A stretch of 64,000 nucleotides of DNA from an uncultured Gammaproteobacteria bacterium. Lineage in GTDB: Bacteria > Patescibacteriota > Microgenomatia > Levybacterales > UBA12049. Shown here in pieces: positions 41,031 through 50,606 of this stretch. The notes beneath the pieces are model-generated. The model had not been told where the DNA came from. It made no database searches and saw nothing but the letters and a program-made list of their open reading frames with translations. Where the stretch lies: positions 434,361-498,360 of the forward strand of contig CAZAZU010000001.1 in assembly GCA_964490105.1 (NCBI GenBank). Direction: 5' to 3'. Each line of letters starts with the position of its first letter. The stretch's first letter is position 1. The position numbers were made by a program, and so were the translations under genes.

Positions 41031-41104
41031 GCCCCGTTCGTCTAGTGGTCTAGGACGCAACCTTCTCAAGGTTGAGATCAGGGGTTCGACTCCCCTACGG
41101 GGTA
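41031..41104 (+). tRNA. tRNA-Glu (anticodon CUC)
   Basis: The cloverleaf folds by hand: acceptor GCCCCGT/ACGGGGT, anticodon stem CAACC/GGTTG, loop TTCTCAA (anticodon CTC), T arm AGGGG-TTCGACT-CCCCT. It closely resembles E. coli tRNA-Glu (GUCCCCUUCGUCUAG...GGGGUUCGAAUCCCCU). No CCA is encoded. Confidence 0.85.
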
Positions 41105-41859
41105 CTAATTAAATTTGATATTGGCTCGAAGTTATCATTACTAAGCTCTTTTTTAATAATTTTCCCTTTAATTTTTCTAACTAAATATGCTTTTCCTCTA
41201 GAATTTATCTTTAGAATTCTAAATACGTTGTCTACTATCTCTATAGCAGCGCGATTATCTACGGCTAGACCAATACCTCCATCGCGACTGATCAAACGAG
41301 AGAAATCTTTTTCCCTCTTTTCAAAATGATAATGTGGACAGAATATAAAATTAAATAAACCAAGTCCTTTTACTTTTATAAATGGCCAGGATTCCCCATT
41401 CTTAGACGTGAACATTCTTGAATCACTATGACCATAAGAGAACCAACATATCGCTCCAGCTGAAAGACCCGACAAGACAATTCCCTGATCAAACGCTTTT
41501 CTTAATGCTTTGTCTACGCCAAGCCTTCTCCAAACTAACATCATCTTAAGTGTGTTCCCTCCTCCGACGTAAATAGCATCCGTGGAAAAAATCTTTTCTT
41601 CAATCTCTTTTTTCGGCGACTTATTATCTAAAATTAAAACATCAGTCTTGCAATTTAGATTTTGAAACCACTCTTCAAATGCTTTTATGTATCTTTTGGA
41701 ATTTTTACTCGCAGTAGGAATGAATAGAATTTTAGGATTCTTTTTACCAGTTAAGCGAATTATTTCATTATCTATTCCAGTAATTTCAATCTCTGGACCA
41801 TATTTTTCAAAGTCTCCTTTTTCTATATCTTCTCCGCCAATTGCCACAATTTTTCCCAT
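41095..41859 (-). CDS. Peptidase S51 family (peptidase E/cyanophycinase-like, class I glutamine amidotransferase-like fold)
   Basis: AIYVGGGNT...LSGLSAGAICW matches the PepE GGNTF / GxSAG nucleophile elbow. The last 10 nt overlap the 3' end of tRNA-Glu on the opposite strand. Confidence 0.62.
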   Translation of the reverse strand: MGKIVAIGGEDIEKGDFEKYGPEIEITGIDNEIIRLTGKKNPKILFIPTASKNSKRYIKAFEEWFQNLNCKTDVLILDNKSPKKEIEEKIFSTDAIYVGGGNTLKMMLVWRRLGVDKALRKAFDQGIVLSGLSAGAICWFSYGHSDSRMFTSKNGESWPFIKVKGLGLFNFIFCPHYHFEKREKDFSRLISRDGGIGLAVDNRAAIEIVDNVFRILKINSRGKAYLVRKIKGKIIKKELSNDNFEPISNLISTP

Positions 41860-41903
41860 GAAAAAGATTATAAGGTGAAGCTATTCGAATTACAACCTGA
41901 AGC

Positions 41904-42029
41904 CTACATCATGTAGAAGACTGCGAAGATTACAAAGACTGCAAATATTATTATAACTTGAGTGGAATTAAATCCAGCCCAAGTTTCCTTCTTGTGGCTT
42001 ACTGATTTTTTTACTTTTCTTTTAGGCAT
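41904..42029 (-). CDS. Candidate small membrane protein (41 aa, below the ORF-track threshold)
   Basis: Translating the 218-bp lon-pepE intergenic region by hand gives MPKRKVKKSVSHKKETWAGFNSTQVIIIFAVFVIFAVFYMM: a basic N terminus plus one TM helix. No strong SD sequence. Confidence 0.3.
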   Translation of the reverse strand: MPKRKVKKSVSHKKETWAGFNSTQVIIIFAVFVIFAVFYMM

Positions 42030-42076
42030 TAGTTAATTAATGTCACAATTGAAAAGTCTTGTCAAGTAAGAAGAGA

Positions 42077-44446
42077 TTAATCAGCCTGCGTAGGCGAAGG
42101 TGCATGAAGAAGAGGCCTTTGAACGACACTCTTTGTTCTTACTAATGGTTTGGCCAAGGCAATATCTAGTACTTCATCCATGTGAGAAACGAATTTAAAA
42201 TCTAAATCTCTCATGACTTCTTTAGGTACATCTATAAGATCTTTTTTATTATCTTTTGGAAGAATTATAGTTTTTAGTCCTGCGCGGTGAGCTGCAATTA
42301 CTTTTTCCTTAACTCCGCCTATTTCAAGAACCCTTCCCCTGAGAGTCACCTCTCCTGTCATTCCAACTGTTCTTTTTACCGGAATTTTTGTGAGAGCTGA
42401 TACTATAGCAGTCGTAATTGTATCTCCAGCTGAAGGACCGTCTTTAGGAACTGCTCCCTCCGGAACGTGGACATGAACATCAATTTTTTGGAAAAACTTA
42501 GCTGATAGCCCAAGCTCAACTCCCCTTGCTCTGATATAAGACATCGCGGCTTGCATAGATTCCTTCATAACATCCCCTAGTTGACCGGTTAAAATTAAAC
42601 TTCCTTTTCCTGGCATAAGTGCTACTTCTATAAATAGTATATCCCCTCCAGCTTCAGTCCAAGCAAGTCCAGTTGCCATTCCTATTTCGTCTTTTTTCTC
42701 AATAAGAGTTGCTTTCATTTTAATTGGCCCCAAATATTTAGTCACATTTTTACTTGTAATTATTATTTTTTTCTTCTTTCCTTCAGCTACGAGTTTTGCG
42801 ATTTTTCGTAGCAATCTAGCTACTTGGCGCTCCAAATTTCTGACACCTGATTCCCTAGTGTAATGTTCAATTATAAATCTCAAGCCTCCATCGGTTAACT
42901 CTACTTCTTTTGAGGTTAATCCATGAGCCTCCATCTGTTTTTTAATTAGGAAGTCTTTAGCGATATGGAATTTTTCCTCATGAGTATAACCTGCAAAATT
43001 AATTATTTCTAATCTATCTCTTAAAGCTGGCGGAATTGTATAAAGAACGTTTGCTGTTGTTATAAACATTACGTCAGATAGATCAAATGGAACCTCCAGA
43101 TAATGATCTGAGAATGCTCCGTTTTGCTCCGGATCAAGTGCTTCTAAAAGTGCAGAGGAAGGGTCACCTCTGAAATCTGCTCCAACTTTATCGATTTCAT
43201 CCAGCATAAAGACTGGATTTTTAGTTCCCGCATCTTTAATTCCCTGAATTATTCTTCCCGGAAGCGCTCCTACGTATGTTCTTCTATGTCCTCTAATTTC
43301 AGCTTCATCGCGAATTCCCCCAAGTGAAACTTTTACAAATTCGCGACCAAGTGCATGCGCAATAGATTTTCCGATAGAAGTTTTTCCAACTCCAGGAGGC
43401 CCGACGAAACAAAGGATCGGTCCCTTCATTTTTCCTGAAAGTTTTTGAACAGCTAGGTACTCAACAATTCTCTCTTTAGCGTCTTTTAGCCCAAAGTGGT
43501 CGCTATTTAACATCTTTTCAGCTTTTTTTACCTCTAGATTTGTCCTGCTTTCTTTACTCCATGGAAGATCAATTAACCAATCAAGATAATTTCTTATGTA
43601 TCCAGCTTCTGGATTAAATTGTGCCATTTGGGATAGCTTTTTAGCTTCTTTCTTTGCTTTCTCTTCTACATCTTCGGGCATTCCGGCTTCCTTAATTTTT
43701 TGCATAAGCTCTCTGATTTCATTATCCTCATCACTTTCACCAAGTTCTTTTTCAATTGTTTTAAGTCTCTCCCTAAGCATAACTTCGCGAGCACCTTTTT
43801 CAAATCTCTCTTGAGTTTTTGAAGCAATCTTTCTTTCTAGCTCTAAAACTTTAATTTCTTTAGCTAAAAGCTCAGTCACTCTCTCAAGCCTCTTTTTTAC
43901 ATCCGTCATCTCGAGTAATTCTTGTTTTTGTGAAGGTTTTAGATCCAAAACTGAAGCAATAAGGTCAGCAAGCTGACCAGCAGGATTGTCAGGAGACATA
44001 ATATTCATAAATACAAGAAAATCTGCAGTTTTTCCTAGATTCATAGCGCGCCTGAATTCGTTTGTTAAGTGATTACATAAGGCTTTAATTTCTGCGGTTT
44101 CATTTGAATCTTCGGGAAGTTCTTCAACATGACCTACCAAGAAATTATCATTCTCATGGAAAGAGTTTATTTTTACACGGGAAATACCCCGCACCTGAGC
44201 ATTAATCTCTCCATCAGTTTTTATCATTCGCTCAATTCGGCAAAGAGTACCTGTACTAAAAATATCGGATGGACTTGGATCATTCACGCGTGCAGATTTT
44301 TGAAGCACAAAACAAACAATTCTTTCCTGGCTGAACGAAATCTCAAGCGCAGCAAGGCTTTTTGGCCTGCCAAAAGTAAGAACTGAATCTGTATTTGGGA
44401 ATATTATTCCGTCTCGAATTGGGATTATGGGGACTACCTTCTCCAT
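42077..44446 (-). CDS. lon: ATP-dependent Lon protease (LonA)
   Basis: N-terminal LON domain ([12 protein letters not shown]), Walker [10 protein letters not shown], and the proteolytic Ser-Lys dyad DGPSAGDT / GGVKEKV; 789 aa. Confidence 0.95.
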   Translation of the reverse strand: MEKVVPIIPIRDGIIFPNTDSVLTFGRPKSLAALEISFSQERIVCFVLQKSARVNDPSPSDIFSTGTLCRIERMIKTDGEINAQVRGISRVKINSFHENDNFLVGHVEELPEDSNETAEIKALCNHLTNEFRRAMNLGKTADFLVFMNIMSPDNPAGQLADLIASVLDLKPSQKQELLEMTDVKKRLERVTELLAKEIKVLELERKIASKTQERFEKGAREVMLRERLKTIEKELGESDEDNEIRELMQKIKEAGMPEDVEEKAKKEAKKLSQMAQFNPEAGYIRNYLDWLIDLPWSKESRTNLEVKKAEKMLNSDHFGLKDAKERIVEYLAVQKLSGKMKGPILCFVGPPGVGKTSIGKSIAHALGREFVKVSLGGIRDEAEIRGHRRTYVGALPGRIIQGIKDAGTKNPVFMLDEIDKVGADFRGDPSSALLEALDPEQNGAFSDHYLEVPFDLSDVMFITTANVLYTIPPALRDRLEIINFAGYTHEEKFHIAKDFLIKKQMEAHGLTSKEVELTDGGLRFIIEHYTRESGVRNLERQVARLLRKIAKLVAEGKKKKIIITSKNVTKYLGPIKMKATLIEKKDEIGMATGLAWTEAGGDILFIEVALMPGKGSLILTGQLGDVMKESMQAAMSYIRARGVELGLSAKFFQKIDVHVHVPEGAVPKDGPSAGDTITTAIVSALTKIPVKRTVGMTGEVTLRGRVLEIGGVKEKVIAAHRAGLKTIILPKDNKKDLIDVPKEVMRDLDFKFVSHMDEVLDIALAKPLVRTKSVVQRPLLHAPSPTQAD

Positions 44447-44555
44447 ATAGTATTAGCACTCTATCATAGGACCTGCTAGTTGTCAACCGGTAAATCTAGC
44501 CTCGCATTTAACTCTTGGGGGTTGACAAAAAATATTATGAGTCTAGAATTAATAT

Positions 44556-45050
44556 ATGAAGAAGAGATTAACAAATCAGCATCCAACACTTCCGATCGGA
44601 GTCACCCCTGAACAGCTTGTAAAAAAACTGCACTCATTTGAAGGTCGCCTTGCAGACTTTATATCTAGATTTGCTGGAAGCATGTACTTCGTCTACTTTC
44701 ATGTATTCTGGTTTGGAGCTTGGGTATTATTAAATCATGGAACAATTGGCTTCTTTAAGTTCGATCCTTTCCCCTATGGATTGCTTACTATGATCGTCTC
44801 CCTGGAGGCGATTTTTCTTTCAACCTTTATCATGATTAATCAGAACAGACAAGCGCTCGTAGACACCGTTAGAGAGCTTGAAGAAGATGCTGAGGAGCTC
44901 GAAGAAGAAAAGGAACAGGAAGAGTTAGAGGAAGACGTTCAGGACATTCAAAAAGATCTTGATGACATTAAAAACGCAATGGCGTTTATTCAGCAGAAAA
45001 TCTCAGGCCTCGAAAAAATCCCATCCTCCTCAGATAAAACAAAAAGCTAA
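44556..45050 (+). CDS. DUF1003 family membrane protein with an acidic coiled-coil tail
   Basis: FAGSMYFVYFHVFWFGAWVLLNHG...FDPFPYGLLTMIVSLEAIFLSTFIMINQNRQ matches the DUF1003 signature (GS..F, FDPYPF, QNRQ). C-terminal EEDAEELEEEKEQEELEED. Confidence 0.75.
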   Translation: MKKRLTNQHPTLPIGVTPEQLVKKLHSFEGRLADFISRFAGSMYFVYFHVFWFGAWVLLNHGTIGFFKFDPFPYGLLTMIVSLEAIFLSTFIMINQNRQALVDTVRELEEDAEELEEEKEQEELEEDVQDIQKDLDDIKNAMAFIQQKISGLEKIPSSSDKTKS

Positions 45051-45052
45051 AA

Positions 45053-45676
45053 ATGACCAAAAACGAAAAGGCAGAAAAAATTTTTATTGAACTTCAAAAA
45101 CTTTTTCCAAATGTAAAAATCGCCATCAACTATACTACTCCCCTTGAACTTCTAATCGCAGTCATTATGTCAGCCCAGTCTACTGACAAACAAGTGAATG
45201 TGATCACAGCCGATTTATTTAAAAAATACAAATCAATTGAAGACTACATAAAGACACCCCTTCCGGAATTTGAACATGACATAAAAAGAATTGGATTATT
45301 TAGGGCAAAGGCTAAAAACATAAAGGCGGCAGTAGAAATGATAAAGAAAGACTATGATGGTAAAGTTCCGGATACTATGGAAGATCTGCTCAAACTTCCA
45401 GGAGTTGGAAGAAAAACTGCAAATGTTGTTCTTTATACTATTTTTGGAAAAACAGAAGGAATCGCGATTGACACTCATGCCAGACGATTTAGCCAGCTTT
45501 TCGGATTTTCCAAAACTGACGATGTTGTAAAAATAGAGAAAGATCTTATGACTGCTTTTCCTAAAAGTGAGTGGGGAGAAATTACTTATCTATTTGCAGA
45601 ATATGGAAGAAAGTACTGTACCGCCCGCTGCAAACACACTGAGTGTCCTTTGAAAAACTTCATTCACAGATTATAA
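45053..45676 (+). CDS. nth: Endonuclease III (HhH-GPD base-excision DNA glycosylase)
   Basis: The LLKLPGVGRKTANVVL helix-hairpin-helix and catalytic Asp region align with E. coli Nth. The C-terminal Cys cluster is atypical (C-x3-C-x4-C, only three Cys). Confidence 0.75.
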   Translation: MTKNEKAEKIFIELQKLFPNVKIAINYTTPLELLIAVIMSAQSTDKQVNVITADLFKKYKSIEDYIKTPLPEFEHDIKRIGLFRAKAKNIKAAVEMIKKDYDGKVPDTMEDLLKLPGVGRKTANVVLYTIFGKTEGIAIDTHARRFSQLFGFSKTDDVVKIEKDLMTAFPKSEWGEITYLFAEYGRKYCTARCKHTECPLKNFIHRL

Positions 45677-45704
45677 ATACATCATATATTGATATATGAG
45701 TTAC

Positions 45705-46526
45705 TTAAATAGTAAATTCCAGAAGCAATGGAAGGTGATCTGAAACTGTTTCATTCGGAACATCAAAAGACTTTACTTTAATTTCATCCGAAATCAATAT
45801 GTAATCAGCGAATTTTTCCGTAGTTTTTTTATAGTGAGTGCTTCTAGTTGTTCCAATCCCAAACTCTTTAATTAAATTTGTCATTTTTTCTTCAAGTATT
45901 CCAATACTTTTAGTATCTGGCCTTAAATTAAAATCTCCGGTAATAATCTTTGGGCCTTCAAATGAATCATAGATTTTCAAAATTGCTTCTATTTGAGCAA
46001 TGCTTTGCGATGAATCTGTCTTCGCACCAGGCATCCAATATCCATGAAAATTTCCGATTAAAACTTCTTTACCGTTTACTTTTATTTTAATGCAGTGAAT
46101 ATTTCGAGGAAGATCCATTCCATCTGTAATCCCTTCAATTATTGCTGGAGGAGCAAAATCATATTCGCCATGTACAAAATATGTTTCTTCAGAAATCAAT
46201 TCAACATTTTTTCTAACAAAAGTTGCCTGACCAAAAGCTAAATCAAAATCAACCTTAACTTGAGTGTCATAACCAGTAATAATCGGAGCATAAAAACCAG
46301 TAAATTCTGGGAGAATTTTTAAAAGATTATCATATAAATCTGTTTTAACACCATTGCTAATTTTTGACTCCTTAGAATGAAATACCTCCTGAAAACAAAA
46401 AATATCAGTATCTTTTGATTGTTTTTTTATATATTCAATCAGTTCTTCATAAATAGTTCCGCCCCAAACATTTAAACTTGATAATTTTATCCCGTTAGAC
46501 AATTTATTGTTCTTCATATTCAACAA
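45705..46526 (-). CDS. Endonuclease/exonuclease/phosphatase (EEP, DNase I-like) family protein
   Basis: LNVWGG, FCFQEV (catalytic Glu), GDFN and SDHLPLLLEF are the characteristic EEP blocks. No signal peptide. Confidence 0.75.
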   Translation of the reverse strand: MLNMKNNKLSNGIKLSSLNVWGGTIYEELIEYIKKQSKDTDIFCFQEVFHSKESKISNGVKTDLYDNLLKILPEFTGFYAPIITGYDTQVKVDFDLAFGQATFVRKNVELISEETYFVHGEYDFAPPAIIEGITDGMDLPRNIHCIKIKVNGKEVLIGNFHGYWMPGAKTDSSQSIAQIEAILKIYDSFEGPKIITGDFNLRPDTKSIGILEEKMTNLIKEFGIGTTRSTHYKKTTEKFADYILISDEIKVKSFDVPNETVSDHLPLLLEFTI

Positions 46527-46574
46527 AAGCTCCCGTAAATTTTCTAACGGGATTCATAAGTGGAATTATAATTT

Positions 46575-47228
46575 TTATCTAACGCCTGAGCAAGTAGAAG
46601 GATTCCAGAGGCCTTTATATTTATTTCTTGATTCAATCTGTGCTTGTTTAAATTCCGATTGATATTTATATGAAGAATCGTACGTATATTCATATGCATA
46701 ACCTTCTTCTATCATATATTTATTAAAATTAGTTCCGTCTGGAAAAAAAACGTAAACCAATAGTCTTTTATATTTATCCCGCTCACTTTGAGTATCGTCA
46801 AATTCTAAAGTAACAAATTTTCCCTCTAATAATTCTTTTGCCTTATTACTCGCCTCTTTTCCAAAACATTGAACCTCTTTTCTAGGGTCTACTGTTTCTG
46901 GCGTGTCTATTCCAATCAATCTCAGACGTTCAATTTTCCCATCGATATTTACATCCATTGTATCTCCGTCCACAACTTTAATAACTTCATATCCATTTTC
47001 AGATTCAATATTATTGTCATTTAAATCCTCAAAGATTGGCGTAATGATTGGAGCCCGAGTTATATAAACTCCAAGAGTACTTTCACTTTCAATTGGAGCT
47101 TGAGTCGGTGTTGGCCTAACGAATGAACCAGTTAACTTAGAGCTATCGTCTGACAGAAGTATTGCAACTGAAGAAACAAGGATGATGATAAGCGTGAAAA
47201 GTAAATTAATTTTTTTCCGGGGTGTCAT
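46575..47228 (-). CDS. Membrane-anchored thermonuclease (staphylococcal nuclease/SNase homologue)
   Basis: N-terminal signal-anchor helix, then VIKVVDGDTMDV...RLRLIGIDTPET, the SNase Ca-binding/catalytic signature. Confidence 0.85.
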   Translation of the reverse strand: MTPRKKINLLFTLIIILVSSVAILLSDDSSKLTGSFVRPTPTQAPIESESTLGVYITRAPIITPIFEDLNDNNIESENGYEVIKVVDGDTMDVNIDGKIERLRLIGIDTPETVDPRKEVQCFGKEASNKAKELLEGKFVTLEFDDTQSERDKYKRLLVYVFFPDGTNFNKYMIEEGYAYEYTYDSSYKYQSEFKQAQIESRNKYKGLWNPSTCSGVR

Positions 47229-48586
47229 TAAATAAAGAGTGAAACGATTGTAGCAATGCCTGCTAATGTCATCAAACCGGTTATAAGAATTCCAAGTAAA
47301 GTTGCTATTGGATGATTAACTCTGTCTCCCATTACTTTTTTATTACTGCTTAACAAAATGATTAAAATTAAAATAACAGGGGCCACGAGTCCATTAACTA
47401 CAGCAGAAAATATTAAAGCTTTAATTGGATCAATTCCCACAAAATTAAGCGCTACACCAAGAAGCGTTGATATAATTATAATTCCATAAAATGCGTTTGC
47501 CTCTTTAAGTTTTCTATAAAGTCCTACTTTCCACCCAAAGCTTTCACTCATAGCATATGACGCAGAGCCAGCAAGCACAGGAATCGCAAGCATACCTGTT
47601 CCAATAACTCCCAATGCGAAAAGTAGATATGCATACTCTCCAGCAATAGGCCTAAGTGCAGCTGCAGCTTCTGCAGCGGTTGGGATATTCGTTACGCCGT
47701 TTGCAAAAAGAGTGGCGGCACAAGCTGCAATTATAAAAAACATTACCAGATTACTTAAAAACATACCGCTCCAAACGTCCTGGCGCATTAATTTTATTTC
47801 TTTATCAGTTACCGCTTCCTGCCTAAGCTTTAATGTGGTTTGTCCTTTTAATATACTTTCCTCCACCTCTTGAGATGTCTGCCAGAAAAACAAATACGGA
47901 GAAATAGTTGTACCTAATATAGCGCATATAAGAAATATTTGCTCTTTAGAGAAAACAACTGTTGGGATTAGTGCGCCCGTTATTAATTCTCTGACATCGA
48001 GCTTTACTAAAACTGCTGCCGCAATATAAGAAAGAAGAATTAATGCTAAATATTTTAAATATTTCGCATACTTTTCATAACTCACAAATATCTGGAGTGC
48101 TAAGCTCACGATTGCAAATCCAAGAACCAACGTAGCAAAGCTAACACTGGGAAATATTAACTGTGTAGATTTAGCCATGGCACCTATATTTGCCCCAATA
48201 TTAAGAGTATTAGCAAAGAATAAAAGTGCAGTACAAAGATACAAAACCCACTTTGGAAAATGAATTCTTATATTACCAGCAAGCCCTCGTCCAGTTACGA
48301 GTCCGAGCCGGGCACACATTTCCTGAACTATAGACATTAAGGGAAAAGTAAAACCGGCAAGCCACAGCAGTTGAAATCCATATTGCGCTCCTGCCTGAGA
48401 ATAGGTAGCTATTCCCGAAGGATCATCATCAGCTGCACCTGTCGTGAGTCCGGGTCCTAAATTATGCCAATACTTTTTAGCTTTTTTTACACCTCCCCGA
48501 TTTACTAGATTCTCTGAAATAGTTACTGTTTTATCTAAAACATCAGCTGGGGCACCTACAATTTTTTCAAACTGTTTTTCGACCAT
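47228..48586 (-). CDS. mntH: Nramp-family divalent metal (Mn2+/Fe2+) transporter
   Basis: GPGLTTGAADDDPSGIATYSQAGAQYGFQLLW aligns with the Nramp consensus GPG(F/L)..S.A..DPGN..T..QAGA; 11-12 TM helices. Confidence 0.85.
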   Translation of the reverse strand: MVEKQFEKIVGAPADVLDKTVTISENLVNRGGVKKAKKYWHNLGPGLTTGAADDDPSGIATYSQAGAQYGFQLLWLAGFTFPLMSIVQEMCARLGLVTGRGLAGNIRIHFPKWVLYLCTALLFFANTLNIGANIGAMAKSTQLIFPSVSFATLVLGFAIVSLALQIFVSYEKYAKYLKYLALILLSYIAAAVLVKLDVRELITGALIPTVVFSKEQIFLICAILGTTISPYLFFWQTSQEVEESILKGQTTLKLRQEAVTDKEIKLMRQDVWSGMFLSNLVMFFIIAACAATLFANGVTNIPTAAEAAAALRPIAGEYAYLLFALGVIGTGMLAIPVLAGSASYAMSESFGWKVGLYRKLKEANAFYGIIIISTLLGVALNFVGIDPIKALIFSAVVNGLVAPVILILIILLSSNKKVMGDRVNHPIATLLGILITGLMTLAGIATIVSLFI

Positions 48587-48637
48587 ACAGTATTAGTAGA
48601 TCATTTATTGCTTGATGTAGTCAAGTGATAGGAACGT

Positions 48638-49159
48638 TTAGAGATTCGGGTTATTCTTGTCTTTATCCGATAAAACTGGTTCTCCGTCTAATTGCCAGGG
48701 AATATTTAAAGTTGGATCATTCCATGCAACTCCTCGTTCTCTTTCGGGAGTCCATTCATCATCTGTTAAATATGCGTAATCTGCTTCTTCGCTTAAAACA
48801 AGATATGAATTTCCTATCCCCTTCGGTACAAAGATACTTGCCCTATTATCTTCTCCAATTATAAATGACTCATATTTTCCGTATGTGCCTGATCCTTCAC
48901 GAAAATCCACCGCAACAACCTGAACTCTTCCTCTTACAGCATATATCAATTTATTCCACGGAGCGATATGGATTCCCCTAAGTGTATTTCTAGAAGATCT
49001 CGCGTGATTCATTTGCTTTACATCGAATTTAATTCCAGTAACATCTTCCAACTCTCTTATTCTAACTGGTTCTCTAAAAAAACCGCGATTATCTACTAAT
49101 GTTGGTCTTTTAATTAGAACGAGCCCTTGGATACTAGTTTTTGTAATCGTATCTTCCAT
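48638..49159 (-). CDS. rmlC: dTDP-4-dehydrorhamnose 3,5-epimerase (cupin)
   Basis: LIKRPTLVDNRGFFRE, RGIHIAPWNKLIYAVRG and FVPKGIGNSY are the RmlC cupin motifs; 173 aa. Confidence 0.85.
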   Translation of the reverse strand: MEDTITKTSIQGLVLIKRPTLVDNRGFFREPVRIRELEDVTGIKFDVKQMNHARSSRNTLRGIHIAPWNKLIYAVRGRVQVVAVDFREGSGTYGKYESFIIGEDNRASIFVPKGIGNSYLVLSEEADYAYLTDDEWTPERERGVAWNDPTLNIPWQLDGEPVLSDKDKNNPNL

Positions 49160-49172
49160 TTGTTTAATAATA

Positions 49173-50039
49173 TCAGTGTCCCGGTGCTCTTACAACATTT
49201 CTTTTTTGATCAAGATCTATTTCAAGTCCAATTCTCAAAATTGTTTCTTCTAATACTTTTCTCATGTCTGATCCCTTTTTATAATTTGCAGTATAAGGGC
49301 CTACCGTTATTCTTTTTCCGCGTGCCAACTCATATCCTTTTTCAAAATCTCCAAAAGGAGCCGAAACCCCAATCCCTGTCCCTCCATTTGACGTTACTGC
49401 AGAAAGGCACGGGACATCACTTGGTCCATCTCCAATGTAAATCATTCTTGAAAGAGGAATTCGCTGAGACTCAGTTGTTATAGCATCATTAATTCTATAA
49501 GGATTTTTTCTTAAATCCCTGACGCTTACTCCTTTTCTTATTCCATGAAGATATCTTGTTTTCTCAGTAAAACTAATTGCTGTTTTAATTCCCACTGGAT
49601 TTCCTTTTTTATCATATGCAAAATTACATCCGAAAATTCCATCAATAAATGGTGCAATTTTTGTCCCCCTAATTAATTCTTCAAATCCGCCACTGATTAT
49701 ATAAAATTCGAGACTTATCCTTGCTTCTTTTAGTTTTGGGTTTTTTAAAACATATTCCTTTAATTCATTAATTGCGTTTGGGAGTCCTGGAAAAAGTTTT
49801 AATGATTTACCAGTTTCTCTTAAAGCTTTTTCAGATATATTAATTTTTCCGTCATACGATAGATTAAGAATTTTATGCATATATGCTAGCGGAGGATCCC
49901 ATCCATCTTCTACCATTTGGTTTATTTCTTTCCAGAAATCAGGTGCCTTTATTTTTTGTTTTTCCAGAAACAGGGAGATTGTATCGGGGCCTAAGGTCTC
50001 GTCAAAATCAAAAACTACTGCAATTATCTTCTCTGCCAT
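49173..50039 (-). CDS. HAD-superfamily hydrolase (phosphatase-like)
   Basis: Motif I FDFDETL (DxDxT), motif II ISGG, motif IV IGDGPSD. Confidence 0.6.
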   Translation of the reverse strand: MAEKIIAVVFDFDETLGPDTISLFLEKQKIKAPDFWKEINQMVEDGWDPPLAYMHKILNLSYDGKINISEKALRETGKSLKLFPGLPNAINELKEYVLKNPKLKEARISLEFYIISGGFEELIRGTKIAPFIDGIFGCNFAYDKKGNPVGIKTAISFTEKTRYLHGIRKGVSVRDLRKNPYRINDAITTESQRIPLSRMIYIGDGPSDVPCLSAVTSNGGTGIGVSAPFGDFEKGYELARGKRITVGPYTANYKKGSDMRKVLEETILRIGLEIDLDQKRNVVRAPGH

Positions 50040-50051
50040 GAGAGGATTATA

Positions 50052-50606
50052 TCACTTTAATTTTTCTAGTATTGCATTTGCGAGTTCTGGAAATTCAAAC
50101 TTGGGGCGAGTTGCACCAAAATGCTCTTGGTCTTTAAATTCAGTATATTCTGAATCTAATTTTTCATGTACAAATCTAGCCTCTTCCACTGGCACAAAAG
50201 GATCATCTACGGAGCCAAACTGAAGAATCCAATTTTGATTTTTCTTTATCGCTTCCCAGTCCCACGGCCTATTAAAATATCCAGCCTTAGTTTCCCAGGG
50301 ATTATTTAAATCAGTGTGATAAGTAGCGACAAGTGCACTACCGTAAATTTTATTTTTTTCTGCAAATCTCATTGCAGCAATTGCACCACTTGAATATCCT
50401 ACAAGAATCGTATTTTCGTCAGCATTTAATTTATGAAGAAATGGAATCCAGGAACTTTCCGGAGCTAAATCACTATCAGGAAAGTCTTCGTCAATTACTT
50501 GGACTCCAACACTTTCGAGTTCTTTTTTAAGATAAGGAAACCATCCGTCCTTAGGTGATCCGCCACCATTTCCTGGAATAAATATAGCTTTTAAATTTTT
50601 ATTCAT
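50052..50606 (-). CDS. Small alpha/beta-fold serine hydrolase (YdeN/RBBP9-like)
   Basis: GYSSGA nucleophile elbow; about 185 aa. The start is moved to the internal MNKNLKAIF so that it does not overlap the upstream paralogue. Confidence 0.55.
   Translation of the reverse strand: MNKNLKAIFIPGNGGGSPKDGWFPYLKKELESVGVQVIDEDFPDSDLAPESSWIPFLHKLNADENTILVGYSSGAIAAMRFAEKNKIYGSALVATYHTDLNNPWETKAGYFNRPWDWEAIKKNQNWILQFGSVDDPFVPVEEARFVHEKLDSEYTEFKDQEHFGATRPKFEFPELANAILEKLK

Noticed and set aside
44453-44480. Full CIRCE/HrcA operator upstream of lon
   Set aside because: Only the left arm (TTAGCACTC) is perfect and the right arm matches 5/9. It is reported as a half-site within a finding rather than as a regulatory feature.
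45677-45704. Inverted repeat CATATAT-TG-ATATATG between the convergent nth and EEP genes as a bidirectional terminator
   Set aside because: The stem is entirely A/T with essentially no stability and has no flanking U tract in either orientation.
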